Shown: positions 13,122 to 26,700, counted from the stretch's first letter. The stretch: DNA of 64,000 nt from Anaeramoeba ignava BMAN (GCA_028826165.1 JAPDFW010000065.1:1-64000), one strand, 5' to 3'. Made by a program: numbers and translations. The notes: generated from the sequence alone by a model not told the origin.

Positions 13122-15669
13122 ATGGAAGCACTTCAATCAATTAGTATAATTGAATTAGATTTACAAGATGATTTAATTGTTTCTTGGTATAAACAATTTA
13201 TTTATAAACAATTTATTTATAAGCGATTTATTTATAAACAATTTCTATTTAAAATTTAAGGACTTATCCTTCAATTTCTGAAGATTTACAACAAATAATT
13301 GCACAACGATCACTTTTAAAAGAACAAAATACAAATTTTCAAGAATTTTCTTTCTCAAAATTTCAATCAACTTGGATTTATATTTACAGTTATGCTTTCA
13401 AAAAGGAATCCAAATCATTACCTGAAATTAAAGCTTTTTCAATTGCTCTTCTTGCTCAAGTAAATCAACAACTATATTTATCAACAAATTTATATTTATA
13501 TTTATATTTATATTTATATTTATATTTATCAACAAATATATATTTATATTTATATTTATATTTATATTTATATTTATATTTATATTTATATTTTGATTTA
13601 TATTTATATTTATATTTATATTTATATTTATATTTATATTTATATTTATATTTATATTTATATTTATATTTATATTTATATTTAAATTTATATTTATATT
13701 TATATTTATATTTATATTTATATTTATATTTATATTTATATTAATATTTATAATTATATTTATATTTATATTTATATTATATTTATATTTATATTTATAT
13801 TTATATTTATATTTTGATTTATATTTATATTTATATTTAGATTTATTTTTATATTTATATTTATATTTATATTTATATTTATATTTATATTTATATTTAT
13901 ATTTATATTTATATTTATATTTATATTTATATTTATATTTATATTTATATTTATATTTATATTTATATTTATATTTATATTTATATTTTGATTTATATAT
14001 TTATTTAATAGGAATTTCATCCTGAAAAATACAAAGCTTTAGCTAAATTATTATCCAAGACTTATCGTAGAAAAGGAAATCCATTACATATTTTAGAACA
14101 ATATTTATCAGTATTTTCTCAAGGAAAATGGGATAATTTTAATATTTCTTCATTTGATCGAGCAAAAGCATTAAGTGCAACTTCAATTAATGAAATTATT
14201 ACTTTATTTGGAGAAGATTTTATGCTAATTTGGTGTGCTTTAATGATGAAAAAAAATATTGTTGTTTTTTCTCATAATCTTGATGAAGTTCTTAAAATTA
14301 TTCGGTATTTTTAATTTTTAGTTTTTAATTTTTAATTTTTAATTTTTAATTTTTAATTCATTTCAAATAATAACAAAATTTGATTTTATATTTTTTTAGT
14401 GGTTTACCTTTGTTTGTTTGGCATAGAGAAAATTTCGATATTTTACGTCCTTTTGTTCAGATTAATAATATTCAATTACAAGATCTTCAATCAACTCGTT
14501 TGTTATATTTTTTTTAAAATTCAAATTAAAAAATTCAAATTAAAAAATCTAAATTAAAAAATCTAAATTAAATTTAAAGTTGGTTGGGTTGCTGGATTTA
14601 CTGATCCAGATATTAGAAAACAAAATTTTTATGATGTTTTTGTGGATCGTAAATTTTATTCTTTTTCAAAACAATTCCTTTTCCTTTTTTTTCTTATTTT
14701 ATTCAAATTTTTATCTTCATTCATTTTATTTAGTTACAACAAAAACTATAGAAGTTGGAGAAAGAGCACAAGGTTAATTTGATTATTTATTTAGCATTTT
14801 CTACAAAATATTTAACAAATATTCAATAATATTTAATAATATTCAAATAATATTTAATAATATTTAATAATATTCAATAATATTCAATAATATTTAATAA
14901 TATTTAATAATATTTAATAATATTTAATAATATTTAATAATATTCAACAATATTCAATAATATTTAATAATATTCAACAATATTTAATAATATTCAATAA
15001 TATTCAAAAATATTTAATAATATTCAACAATATTTAATAATATTTAATAATATTTAATAATATTCAACAATATTTAATAATATTTAATAATATTCAACAA
15101 TATTTAATAATATTTAATAATATTTAATAATATTCAACAATATTTAATAATATTTAATAATATTTAATAATATTCAATAATATTTAATAATATTCAAAAA
15201 TATTCAATAATATTCAATAATATTCAATAATATTTAATAATATTCAATAATATTTAATAATATTCAATAATATTCAATAATATTCAATAATATTCAATAA
15301 TATTTAATAATATTCAATAATATTCAATAATATTAAATATTATTTAATATATTTAGGACAAATTGTTTTAACAGAAGAACAAAAATCACTTGGTCAAACA
15401 ATTTTTGCTGCAGTTGAATCTGGAAAGAAAAGTGATCAAGCAATTATCAAAGTAATTTTTTAATTTTTGAATTTTTTAATTTTTTGAATTTTTAATTTTT
15501 AATTTAATTTAAAAAGGCTTTAACAAGAAAGAATAAGGAATTTATTTCTAAAATTAAATCAATTTCTGGTGAAAATCAATTAACAATTGAAACAATCCAA
15601 AAATTAAATTTACCAAAACCAACTGAAATTTTCGTTCTTTCTCTTGCTTCTGCAGAAGGAATTTTATAA
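13122..15669 (+). CDS. DENND10/FAM45A-like DENN-fold Rab GEF (multi-exon)
   Basis: Spliced [28 protein letters not shown]...[12 protein letters not shown]...[22 protein letters not shown]...[14 protein letters not shown]...[20 protein letters not shown]...[10 protein letters not shown]...YDVFVD matches the FAM45 pattern. Confidence 0.8.
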
Positions 15670-15839
15670 AACCTTAATAATCAAAATCCATTTACTTTTA
15701 CTTTTACATTTACTTTTCATTTTTCTTTTTTGGATTTTTCTTTTTCATTTTAAAAAAGAATTCGAATTAATTTTTTTTTTCAATTAATAAAAAAAATTTT
15801 TTTTAATTTTTTTTTAATTTTTAAAAAATCATTTTTTTT

Positions 15840-16005
15840 CAATCACCTGAGTCAGCAAATTGTTTTAAAATTAAATTAATACTCAATTTGTGTTACGTTG
15901 GTGAAAGAGTTAATATAATTTATAAATTTTGTTTTAATAATTTGTAAATTTAATTCTTACTGAACACATTTGTTTTTGAAGAAAGGAAACAAATTTTTCT
16001 TTTTT
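15840..16005 (+). ncRNA. Candidate structured ncRNA: three adjacent hairpins followed by a U-rich tail; family unassigned
   Basis: Pairings tgagt/actca, tgtgtt/aacaca, aagagttaa/ttaattctt, aatttataaatt/aatttgtaaatt and atttgttttt/ggaaacaaat. G.U pairs favour the + strand. No ORF. Confidence 0.3.
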
Positions 16006-16503
16006 TCAAAATAACAAAATGTAAAAAGAAAAGAATGAAATTTAATTTAAACACAAAATTAAAAACAAAATTAAAAACAAAACAATTCAAAACAATTCAA
16101 TTTAATTCAATTCAATTCAATTTTTAAAACAATTCAATTTAATTCAATTTAATTCAATTCAATTCAATTCAATTCAATTCAATTCATTTTAATTCATTTT
16201 AATTCAATTTAATTTAATTTAATTCAATTCAATTCAATTCAATTCATTTTAAAACAATTCAAAACAATTTAATTCAATTCATTTCAAAACAATTCAATTT
16301 AAATTCATTTCATTTTAATTCAATTCAATCCAATTTAATTTTTAAAACAATTCAATTTAAAACAATTTAATTCAATTCAATTTAATTCATTTTAATTCAT
16401 TTCAATTTAATTCAATTTAATTCAATTCAATTTAATTCAATTCAATCCAAATTTTTAAAACATTTTAATTCAATTCAATCCAAATTTTAAAAACAATTTT
16501 GTC

Positions 16504-18509
16504 TCAATCCTTTTTTTTACAAAATAATTCAATTTCTTCAATCTCAGAAATATCAGTTCCAGTAAAAAACTCTTTTGCTTCTTTTGATTTTGGAATAAAA
16601 CCTTCAGGCAAATGATAAGAATCTCCAAAATAATTTGTTCTTGCAATTTTAAAAGGAAAATTGACTCTCAAATCAGCATAAAGTTGACCAAAAACAGGAC
16701 CATAAAAAACTTCATAACAAATTGCAGACTCTTGATTTTCTCTGACTTTAAATTTTTTTGGAGGATAATTTTTTGGATTTGAAAGAGTAAAAAGGAAAGA
16801 ATTATCATCCTTAATGTACCAATAACGATCCTTTTTTTTTGAGACTTTGGACATGTCTTTTGTCCATCCTACTTCAGAAAAACCTCCGAAAATATATTGA
16901 TCTTTCGTTTTGATTAATACTAATGTCTTTCCTTTATTGTCGCATTTTTCATGGAAAGTATGAGATGAAAATCCATCTTTTTTTCCTGAAAAAACAATTT
17001 TCATCGAATTGAAAAAATTCGTATCATTTATCCATTCTTTTAAATATTGAATAAACTCCTTGTTTTTTTCTATTATTGAGCTTTTTCGAAATGCTGATAA
17101 TCTTCTTTTAAATATTCTTGATTTTTGTTGGATTTTTTTTTGTTTTAATTGATTTAATTGCATTTTTAAATTCAAATATTTTTCTTCTTTTTTTTCTGTT
17201 ATATTTTTTTTGAGTTGATAATATTCTGTCATTTCTTGATTAATATTTTTTGGGAAAACACCAAGTTTTTGAAAATATTGGTATTCTTCTTTTTCCAATT
17301 CGCAAAGACTGAATTTTGAGATGAAACTATGAAATTTTTGATTTTGATTTAATTGATTTTTTTGATTTTGATTTTGATTTTGATTTTGATTTTGATTTTG
17401 ATTTTGATTTTTTTGATTTTGAATTTGATTTTGATTTTGATTTTGAATTTGATTTTGATTTTGAATTTGATTTTGATTTTGAATTTGATTTTGATTTTGA
17501 TTTTGAATTTGATTTTGATTTTGATTTTGATTTTGAATTTGATTTTGATTTTGATTTTGATTTTGAATTTGATTTTGATTTTGATTTTGATTTTTGATTT
17601 TGATTTTGAATTTGATTTTGATTTAATTGATTTTGATTTTGATTTAATTGATTTAATTGATTTTGATTTTGATTTTGATTTTGATTTTGATTTTGAATTT
17701 GATTTTGATTTTGATTTTGATTTTGATTTTGATTTTGATTTTTGATTTTGATTTTTTTGATTTAATTGATTTAATTCATTTAATTCATTTTGATTTAATT
17801 CATTTAATTCATATTCAAATTGACTATCAGAATATTCAAATTGACTATCAGAATATTCACTATTTTGTAAATCATTTGAATCAATCCATTTCAAAAAAGC
17901 ATTGAGTAAATCACTTTCTTTTTGAACAATTAAATCATCTCTTTGAAGAATAATTTTCCATTCATTTCCTTTTAAATCCAAATAAGTATTATTTTCGAGA
18001 ATTTCCTGAAAATTATTTATAACATAATTAAACAACAATTGATAAAGAGATTTCAAGTTGAATTGAAGAGCAAGATTAAGTATTTGAACAGCAGTTTGAG
18101 GAGTTGTGTTTTGAAGTATGAATTCTTCCAGATGATAAAATAAACCTTCATCTGGTATTAAAAATTTATGGGAATAAATTAACAATTCAAGTGCATTTTC
18201 TTGAGAAATTATGATATTTCCTGTGTATATAAACAGTAAAATTTGCTCCATAATTTTTGGAGAAATATCATTAAATTCAACTTTTCCTGATTCATATTCT
18301 TGCATTTTACTCCGAAATAATCCTTTGAAATAGTGACTTCTACTCGCTAATATTGCTCGATGACAATTAAATATTTTCTTCTCTTTTTTCAGTTCTTTTG
18401 TTTCAGAAAGAATTATTTGAAAATCATGAAATTCTATTCCTTTTTCTTTTATAAATAAATTTTTTAAATCATAGGAAAGTTTTGATAAATTTAAATAATT
18501 TTGCGTCAT
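16504..18509 (-). CDS. BTB/BACK + TLDc domain protein. Frame is interrupted within the (AATCAA)n repeat.
   Basis: The N-terminal ORF has HRAILASRSHYFKGLF...YTG (BTB) and BACK-like helices. The C-terminal ORF has DGFSSHTFHEKCDNKGKTLVLIKT...IFGGFS...GPVFG (TLDc). Confidence 0.85.
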
Positions 18510-18672
18510 AAAAAAATAAATCAAAACAATATAAAATAAAATAAACTTTTGGATTATAAAAAAGAGATAAAGAAAAAAAAACAAAAATGAAAAATAAAAT
18601 TTTTTTTTAATTTTTTCATTTTTTTCCTTTTTAAATTTTCATTTTTAAATTTTTAAATTTTTAAATTTTTAA

Positions 18673-19732
18673 ATGGTAATTAAAATTCAATTATAAAATT
18701 CATTTATAAAATTAAAATTAAATTAATTAATTAGAGTTCTGAAAGTTTACAAACATCAGATTGGTTTCCTTTTCCTTTAAATCTTGTACCAAAAAAATTA
18801 CCAAAATTTTATTCAAAATATGAAAAACCAGAACTTCAACTTGAAAGTCATTTTGTAGAATTTATTGTATCATTTATTTATTAATAAAATATAATAGAAA
18901 ATTTTTCAATATCAATAATTGAAAATAATTTTAATTAAATTTAAAGGTGATTCAAAAGAATATTTTTAAAAGAAAAGTTGATCGAAAACTTCAATTAGAT
19001 TATTACACTAAAGATTTAATTATTTACACAGAAAGTGATGGAGTTCATGATAGTGCAAAATGCACACATATTGTTTCAGTAATTATAAAATTAAAATTAA
19101 TTATAAAATTAAAATTCATTTTGAAATTGAAATTCATTTGAAATTAAAATTAAAATTAAAATTAAAATTAAAATTAAAATTAAAATTAAAATTAAAATTA
19201 AAATTAAAATTAAAATTAAAATTAAAATTAAAATTAAAATTAAAATTAATTTTGAAATTAAAATTAAAATTAAAATTAAAATTCATTTTGAAAATTAAAA
19301 TTGAAATTCATTTTGAAAATAAAATTAAAATTAAAATTAAAATTAAAATTAAAATTAAAATTAAAATTAAAATTGATTTTGAAATTAAAATTAAAATTAA
19401 AATTAATTATAAAATTAAAATTCATTTTGAAATTCATTTATAAAATTAAAATTAAAATTGAAATTGAAATTAAAATTAAAATTAAAATTAAAATTAAAAT
19501 AAAATTAAAATTAAAATTAAAATTAAAATTTATTTTGAAATTAAAATTCATTTTGAAAATTTATAATTAGTATAATCCTTATTCTTCAATTGAACCTTAT
19601 GGCCTTTCTATTATTGTTAAAGGTAGACAAGATGCTTTAATTTTTTGGGCTAAATCAGAAGAAGATCAACAGAAAATTTTAAAGGAGATTGAACAATTTA
19701 TTACTATTTGCACAAGAAAGAAACAAAAATAA
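18673..19732 (+). CDS. Small PH-like domain protein (4 exons; first coding exon is ATG only)
   Basis: ATG|gtaat...ag|AGT TCT GAA. Spliced ...FVEFI/VIQKNIFKRKVDRKLQLD...HIVS/YNPYSSIEPYGLSIIVKGRQDALIFWAKSEEDQQKILKEIEQFI...*, which resembles a PH strand/helix pattern. Confidence 0.6.
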
Positions 19733-19997
19733 TTCAATTCAATTCAATTCAATTCAATTCATTTAATTTCTTTTTAATATTTTCCTTCCAAATTTTTTCC
19801 TTTTTTTCAATTTCGTTTCTTTCTTTTAATTTTTTCTTTTTTTTTTTTTAAAAAATTTTGTTTTGTTTTATTATCATTTTGAATCAAAATTATAATAAAA
19901 CAAAAACAAACAAAACAAAAGAAAAAATTTATTTTTCCATTTTTTTTTTCTTTCATCAAAATTTGGAAAAAATTTTTTATTATTTGAATTTTGTTTT

Positions 19998-22900
19998 TCA
20001 CATAAAATTGCAATGAAAAAAAGTTTTTGATTTTTTTTGTTCAATAATTTTTTCATTTTGAATTTGATTTTGAATTTGATTTTCATTTTCTTTTTCATTT
20101 TCATTTTCATTTTCATTTTCAGTTTCATTTTCTTTTTCATTTTCATTTTCAGTTTCATTTTCATTTTCATTTTCATTTTCAATTTGATTTATATTTTTTT
20201 GTTTTTCTAATTCAAGAGTTAATTTTGAAAAATCATCAAGTTGATAATAATCTTTTGCATCTGATAATTCTTCCAAAATAAATTCAGGTAAATTTGGATG
20301 AAGTTTATCTGAATAAAGAAAATAAAACAACTCTTCAACTGATTCATAACTTCTTCCACTATATTCAGAAACTTTATTTGAAGAATCAACAACATTTAAA
20401 AACATTCCACGATATAATTCACTTCTTGCAAAAAGAATAATCTTATGAACTTTTAAATTTCTATCTTCAAATGTAACTGTGAAATCTTTAGTTGATTCAT
20501 CTTGATAAATTTTTTCAAAATCCAAAATTAATCCTTCAAATCCTTTTATTAAATTTTCTGGTGTTTTATTTTCAAATATTAAAAGAAATGTTTGTGAATG
20601 ATTATTTTGAACTCCTGTGTAAATAAAATTTAAATCCAAAAGCGCTGTTTTGGAATCAATTGTTGAAAAATATCGAATCACTTTTTCCATATTTTTTTCT
20701 CCTAATCTTGTTTTCAAAATTATTTCATGAGCTTGAATATCTTTATCAAATGTTTGAATTTTAATATCTGTCATTTCTCTTGATTTTAATAGAAATTTTA
20801 TTCCGTTTACAAAACTTGTGTTATATTGAAGTATTTCTTTGATTTTTTGTGAGCATAAAATTTGAATTGGTTTTAATCCCTGTTTAATTTAAAAATCATA
20901 AATAATAAAAAATCAGAAACAAACTAATGAAGAAGAAAGAAAGAAAGGAAGGAAGAAAACGATTAATTACATCCTATTAAAAAATTTATATAAAAATTTC
21001 ATCTTAAAATCAATTACTGAAAGAAAAAAAAAAAGAATGAAGTGATTCAAATTTACATACTTTATTATCAAAAAAAAAATAAATTATAATTTAAGTCTCA
21101 TTTAAATGAATTTATTTTACATTTGAAATGTTCACATCTGCTCCAAAAAATATCAAATCTTTAATAATTTCTTCATTTTGTGAATTTAATAAAGCTAAAT
21201 GTAATGGTGTATTTCCCTTTAATTTTTAATTTTTAATTTTTAATTTTTAATTTTTAATTTTTAATTTTTAATTTTTAATTTTTAATTTTTAATTTTTAAT
21301 TTTTAATTTTTAATTTTTAATTTTTAATTTTTAATTTTTAATTTTTAATTTTTAATAAAAAAATTATTTCTTATTATAATATCAAATTAAAATACATTCT
21401 AAAAATCAAAAATTATTCATTTTGTTAATAATTTAAAACGATTTATCAATTTTTTTTCTTTTTTACTGCCTATTTTTTTTGTTCAAATAAAATAAATTCA
21501 TTGAAATGAAAAATAGAAATTCTTTTTTTTTTTTTTGAAATGTTTTTACATCTTTTGCATTTGGATTAGCTCCTGATTCCAATAAAATTCTGATATTTTG
21601 AGGATTAGAATTATAATAAATTGCACAATGAAGAACAGTTGAGTTTTTATTTGAAATATTAAACTGAAATGATCCAAAAAAAAAAAATTTAATTTAATAA
21701 AAAATAAATATAAAGAATTCTTTTTCTTTTTACATCCTTTTCATTTCAAAAAGAAAAATGAAACAAAATTTTTAATTTTCAGAAAGAAAGAAAGAAAGAA
21801 TAATTTTACATATTTTTGATCTAAAGAAGATCCAGATTTTAATAAACAAGTAATAATATTTGGAAAACAAGAATAACGAACTGCATAAAAAAGTGGAGGA
21901 TAAACCTAAAAAAAAAGAAAATTCAATTTGGAAAAGAAAAAAAGATGATTTTTTTTTTAATTTGTTTTATAAAAACATTTTCCACATTAATTTGAGCATC
22001 GTATTCAAGAAGAATTTTAACGTGAACATCTGATTGTCTATCCTTTACTGCATAAACTAATGGAGTTTTTGACTTTAAATTTTAAATTTTTCATTTTTAA
22101 AAAAAATAACATGTTCTAAATTCAATAAATTAATTAATGAATTACTCTCTATATAAAAAGGATTAAGGGAAGATTTCATAATTTGTTTTATTTTTATAAT
22201 TCTATTCTTTTCTTTTCTTTTCTTTTTTTTTTGGAAAAATAACTTTCTAATAATTTTATTAAATAAAAAAATTTTTTTTTAATTTTAAAGTGATTAAATT
22301 AATTTTGATTAAATACATTTAATTTATTAATTTGAGCTCCTCCTTTGATTAAATAATGTAGGATATCAGGATGAGTTTTATTAATACAAGCAAAATGTAA
22401 TGCTGTATTTCCCTTTTTTTTTAATAAAAGATATTTTGGATATTTAATTTTTCAATTTAATTTAACAAAAAAATTTTCCTTGAATACTTTCTAAATATTT
22501 TTTATATTTCAAAAAATTAGAATTAAAACTAAAATGGAAATATCTCTTAATTTTACAGAAAACTTTTTAAATAATAAAAGAAGAAATTAATATAATTATT
22601 TTTTTTAATATAAAATTTTATTGTTTTAAAGAAAATACTGTTATATCATCAATATTTGCACCAGATTTAATAATTAAATCCACAATTAATGGATCATTAT
22701 AAAATATACAAGCATAATGCAATGGAGAATAACCCTAAAATGTAAATAAAAAATTTACAAAACAAAATAATAAAAAAAAAACCTAAATTTATCGAAATCA
22801 ATTTTTTATTTTACTAACTAAAAAAAAAACAAACAAGTAAATATTAATAGAAATAACATAAAAAAAATAACAGAAAACTTAATAAAATTAAAATACTGAC

Positions 22901-23704
22901 TATATTTTGAATTAATAATTATATTTATAATTATATTTATAAATAAAAGAAATTTAATTTACTGTTTTGTGATTTAAATCACATCCTGATTTAATTAATA
23001 ATTCAATAACATCATATTTTGCATGAGACATTAAAGCATAATGAAGTGCTGTAGATTTCTATTGAAAAAGAAGAATAATTTTGAATTAAATATTTAAGAA
23101 AAACAAACTATTAAATTTTCTTCTTCTTCTTTTTTTTTTTACATTTCCTTCCTAAAAATAAAATGATTTAAATTTGATAATTTAAAATAAAATCGAATAA
23201 AAATTATTTACAACTTGAAATGAACAATCTGCTCCTTTTTCAATAAGTAATTTAATAACATCATATTTTGGGCAATCTCTACAAGCAAGAATTAAACAAG
23301 AAATTTGATTCTTTTTTATTTTATTTTTTTATTTTGAATATAATTTTCAATTTTGAATATTTTTTTTTTTACTTGTTGTGTAATTAAATTAACATCAAAT
23401 CTTTCAAGTAAAAGTGATAAAATTTCAATGTTTGGATTTTTTGTTAAAGCAAAATAAATAGGATTTGTCTAAATTTTTAAATTTAGAATTGTATAAAATT
23501 ATTTTCTTTAAAAATTTCTTTCTTTCTTTCTTTTTTTACTTTCTTTTTTCATTTTTAAAAAAAAAAAAGATAAAAATTATTTTTCCTGATTTTAATGTAA
23601 ATTTAAAAATAATTTAATTTAAATACAGATTCGAAATTATTTGATTTTAAAATTTCTTTAACTTCCTTTAAGTTTCCATTTATACAAGAAATTTGTAAAT
23701 TCAT
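19998..23704 (-). CDS. Ankyrin-repeat + tandem BTB protein, ~630 aa. Predicted 24 exons including 13 microexons of 3-9 nt.
   Basis: Large exons: 23627-23704, 23373-23468, 23212-23310, 22963-23058, 22639-22734, 22317-22412, 21977-22072, 21810-21905, 21550-21663, 21121-21216 and 19998-20879. They encode ankyrin motifs (STALHYA, GYSPLHYA, GNTALHFA, GNTPLHLA) and BTB motifs (AHEIILKTR; VHKIILFARSELYRGMF). All introns are GT-AG, phase 0. Confidence 0.9.
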
Positions 23705-23799
23705 TAAAAACAAAAAATGAAAAAAATGAAAAAAATGAAAAATGAAAAAAATGAAAAAAATGAAAAAAAATTTTTTATTTAAATTTTAAAAATTAAATT

Positions 23800-26700
23800 C
23801 TATTTTCCAAAAACAACACCAAAAGAAATTGAGATTATAATTAATACTGTTAAAATTAAACAAATAATGAAGCAAAGTTTCTAAAAGAAGAAGAAGAAGA
23901 AAAAGAAAAAAATTTTTTAATTTAGATCAAAAAAGTGTCATTTTTTTTTAAATAAAAAAAAGCAATTTAATTTTAATTTTAATTTTAATTTTAATTTTAA
24001 TTTTAATTTACTTTTCTGCTTTTTTTTTGATAAACTCTTGCTTTTTGAAGTTGTTCAACTCCTTGTTCAATATAATCAGCACTTTGAATGACATTATTTT
24101 CAATATTATCAATATTTTTTCCTTTTAAAAAAAGAAAAATCAATAAGAGAAAAAAATTTTTTATGAATTTTTAATTAAGAAAAAAACCTTGAAATTCAAC
24201 AAGAGTTGCCATATCAACAAATAATTGATGAATTTCATTCACACTTTTTTCTAAATTTATTATTTCTGAATGTTTAATTTCAATTTCTTCTAAAACAGAT
24301 CTTGCTTCCTTTTTTTTTTAATAAAAAAATTTATATTAATTTTTATAAAAATTTTTTTTTTAAATTAATATAATAAATTCACTTGATAAGCTTGAGTATC
24401 AACAACAGAAAAAATTTGTGAACCATCTTGATTTTCAATATAATCTTCAATTTGAGTTTCACTTATATTTGGATCAACTAAATTAAATCAAAATTAAATT
24501 CAAATAAAATTAAATCAAAATCAAAATTAAATCAAAATCAAATCAAAATTAAATTCAAAATTAATTCAAAATTAAATTCAAAATTAAATCAAAATTAAAT
24601 TAAAATTAAATTAAATTTAAATCAAAATTAAATTAAATCAAAATTAAATCAAAAAATTAAATTAAATCAAAAAAAATCAAAATAAATTAAAAAAATTAAA
24701 TAAATCAAAATTAAAAATTAAATTAAAATTAAATCAAATTAAAATTCAATTAAATCAAAATTAAATTAAAATTAAATTAAAATTAAATTAAAATTAAATC
24801 AAAATTCAAACCAAAATTAAATTAAATTAAAATTAAATTAAATCAAATTTAAATATTTACCAATTTTATATCTTCTTGAAAGTTCTTCTTTAAATTTTGT
24901 TTGATATTTTTGTTGTAATTGTTGAAAATTTTTCATTGCATCCATAAAATTTTTTACTAAAGCCTTTTAATAATAAAAAATTTATAAAAAATTTATTAAA
25001 AATTTATAAAAAATTCATTATAATTCATTATAATTCATAAATACTTGATGTTGATTTTTGCGTATTCTTGCTTCTGTTATTTGTCCATTTTTTTGAATAT
25101 ATAAATTATTTAAATTATCCATTTCTTGAAGAGTTTTTTTAACAATTTTTGCTTTTTGGTAAATTTCTTGAACAATAATTGAAGATTTTTGGGCGTAATC
25201 TAATTTTGATTTTAATATTAATTTTAATTTTAAATCAATTTTATATTAATTTTATATCAATTTTATATCAATTTTATATCAATTTTATATTAATTTTATA
25301 TCAATTTTAAATCAATTTTATATCAATTTTATATTAATTTTATATCAATTTTATATTAATTTTATATTAATTTTAAATCAATTTTATATTAATTTTATAT
25401 CAATTTTATATCAATTTTATATCAATTTTATATTAATTTTATATTAATTTTATATTAATTTTATATTAATTTTATATTAATTTTAAATTAATTTTATATC
25501 AATTTTAAATCAATTTTTATATATAATTTTATATTAATTTTAAATTAATTTTTATTATTTTAAATCAATTTTAAATCAATTTTATATTAATTTTAAATTA
25601 ATTTTATATTAATTTTATATTAATTTTATATTAATTTTTAAATCAATTTTAAATTAATTTTAAATTAATTTTATATTAATTTTAAATTAATTTTATATCA
25701 ATTTTAAATCAATTTTATATTAATTTTAAATTAATTTTATATTAATTTTTAAATCAATTTTATATTAATTTTTTATATCAATTTTTAAATCAATTTTATA
25801 TCAATTTTATATTAATTTTATATCAATTTTATATTAATTTTATATTAATTTTTTTATATTAATTTTATATTAATTTTATATTTTATATTAATTTTATATC
25901 AATTTTATATCAATTTTATATTAATTTTATATTAATTTTATATTAATTTTATATTAATTTTATATTAATTTTATATTAATTTTTAAATCAATTTTATATC
26001 AATTTTATATCAATTTTATATTAATTTTAAATCAATTTTATATCAATTTTATATCAATTTTATATTAATTTTATATAAATTTTAAATCAATTTTATATTA
26101 AATTTTATATCAATTTTATATTAATTTTTTATATTAATTTTAAATCAATTTTATATCAATTTTAAATCAATTTAAATCAATTTTATATTAATTTTATATC
26201 AATTTTATATTAATTTTTTAAATCAATTTTATATCAATTTTATATTAATTTTATATTAATTTTATATCAATTTTAAATCAATTTTATATCAATTTTAAAT
26301 CAATTTTATATCATTTTTTATTAATTTTATATTAATTTTAAATTAATTTTAAATTAATTTTATATTAATTTTTAAATCAATTTTATATTAATTTTATATC
26401 AATTTTATATCAATTTTATATCAATTTTATATCAATTTTATATCAATTTTATATTAATTTTATATTAATTTTATATTAATTTCATATTAATTTTATATCA
26501 ATTTTATATTAATTTTAAATTAATTTTATATCAATTTTATATCAATTTTATATTAATTTTATATTAATTTTATATTAATTTTAAATCAATTTTATATCAA
26601 TTTTAAATCAATTTTATATCAATTTTATATCAATTTTAAATCAATTTTATATTAATTTTATATTAATTTTATATCAATTTTATATTAATTTTAAATCAAT

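Noticed and set aside
15841-15860. Definite call as U1 or U3 RNA
   Set aside because: It lacks ACTTACCTG, the U1-70K and U1A loops, and the U3 A/B/C boxes, so it is kept only as an unassigned candidate.
17340-17760. Frame changes in (AATCAA)n / (GAAAAT)n coding repeats, also at ~43050, ~44115 and ~49440
   Set aside because: Consistent with repeat-length or indel errors in microsatellites; there are no supporting splice or recoding signals.
20880-23626. Cassettes interpreted as zero-length recursive splice sites
   Set aside because: AG and GT are separated by 3, 6 or 9 nt of sense codons that restore ankyrin spacing. Recursive sites are directly adjacent AG|GT.
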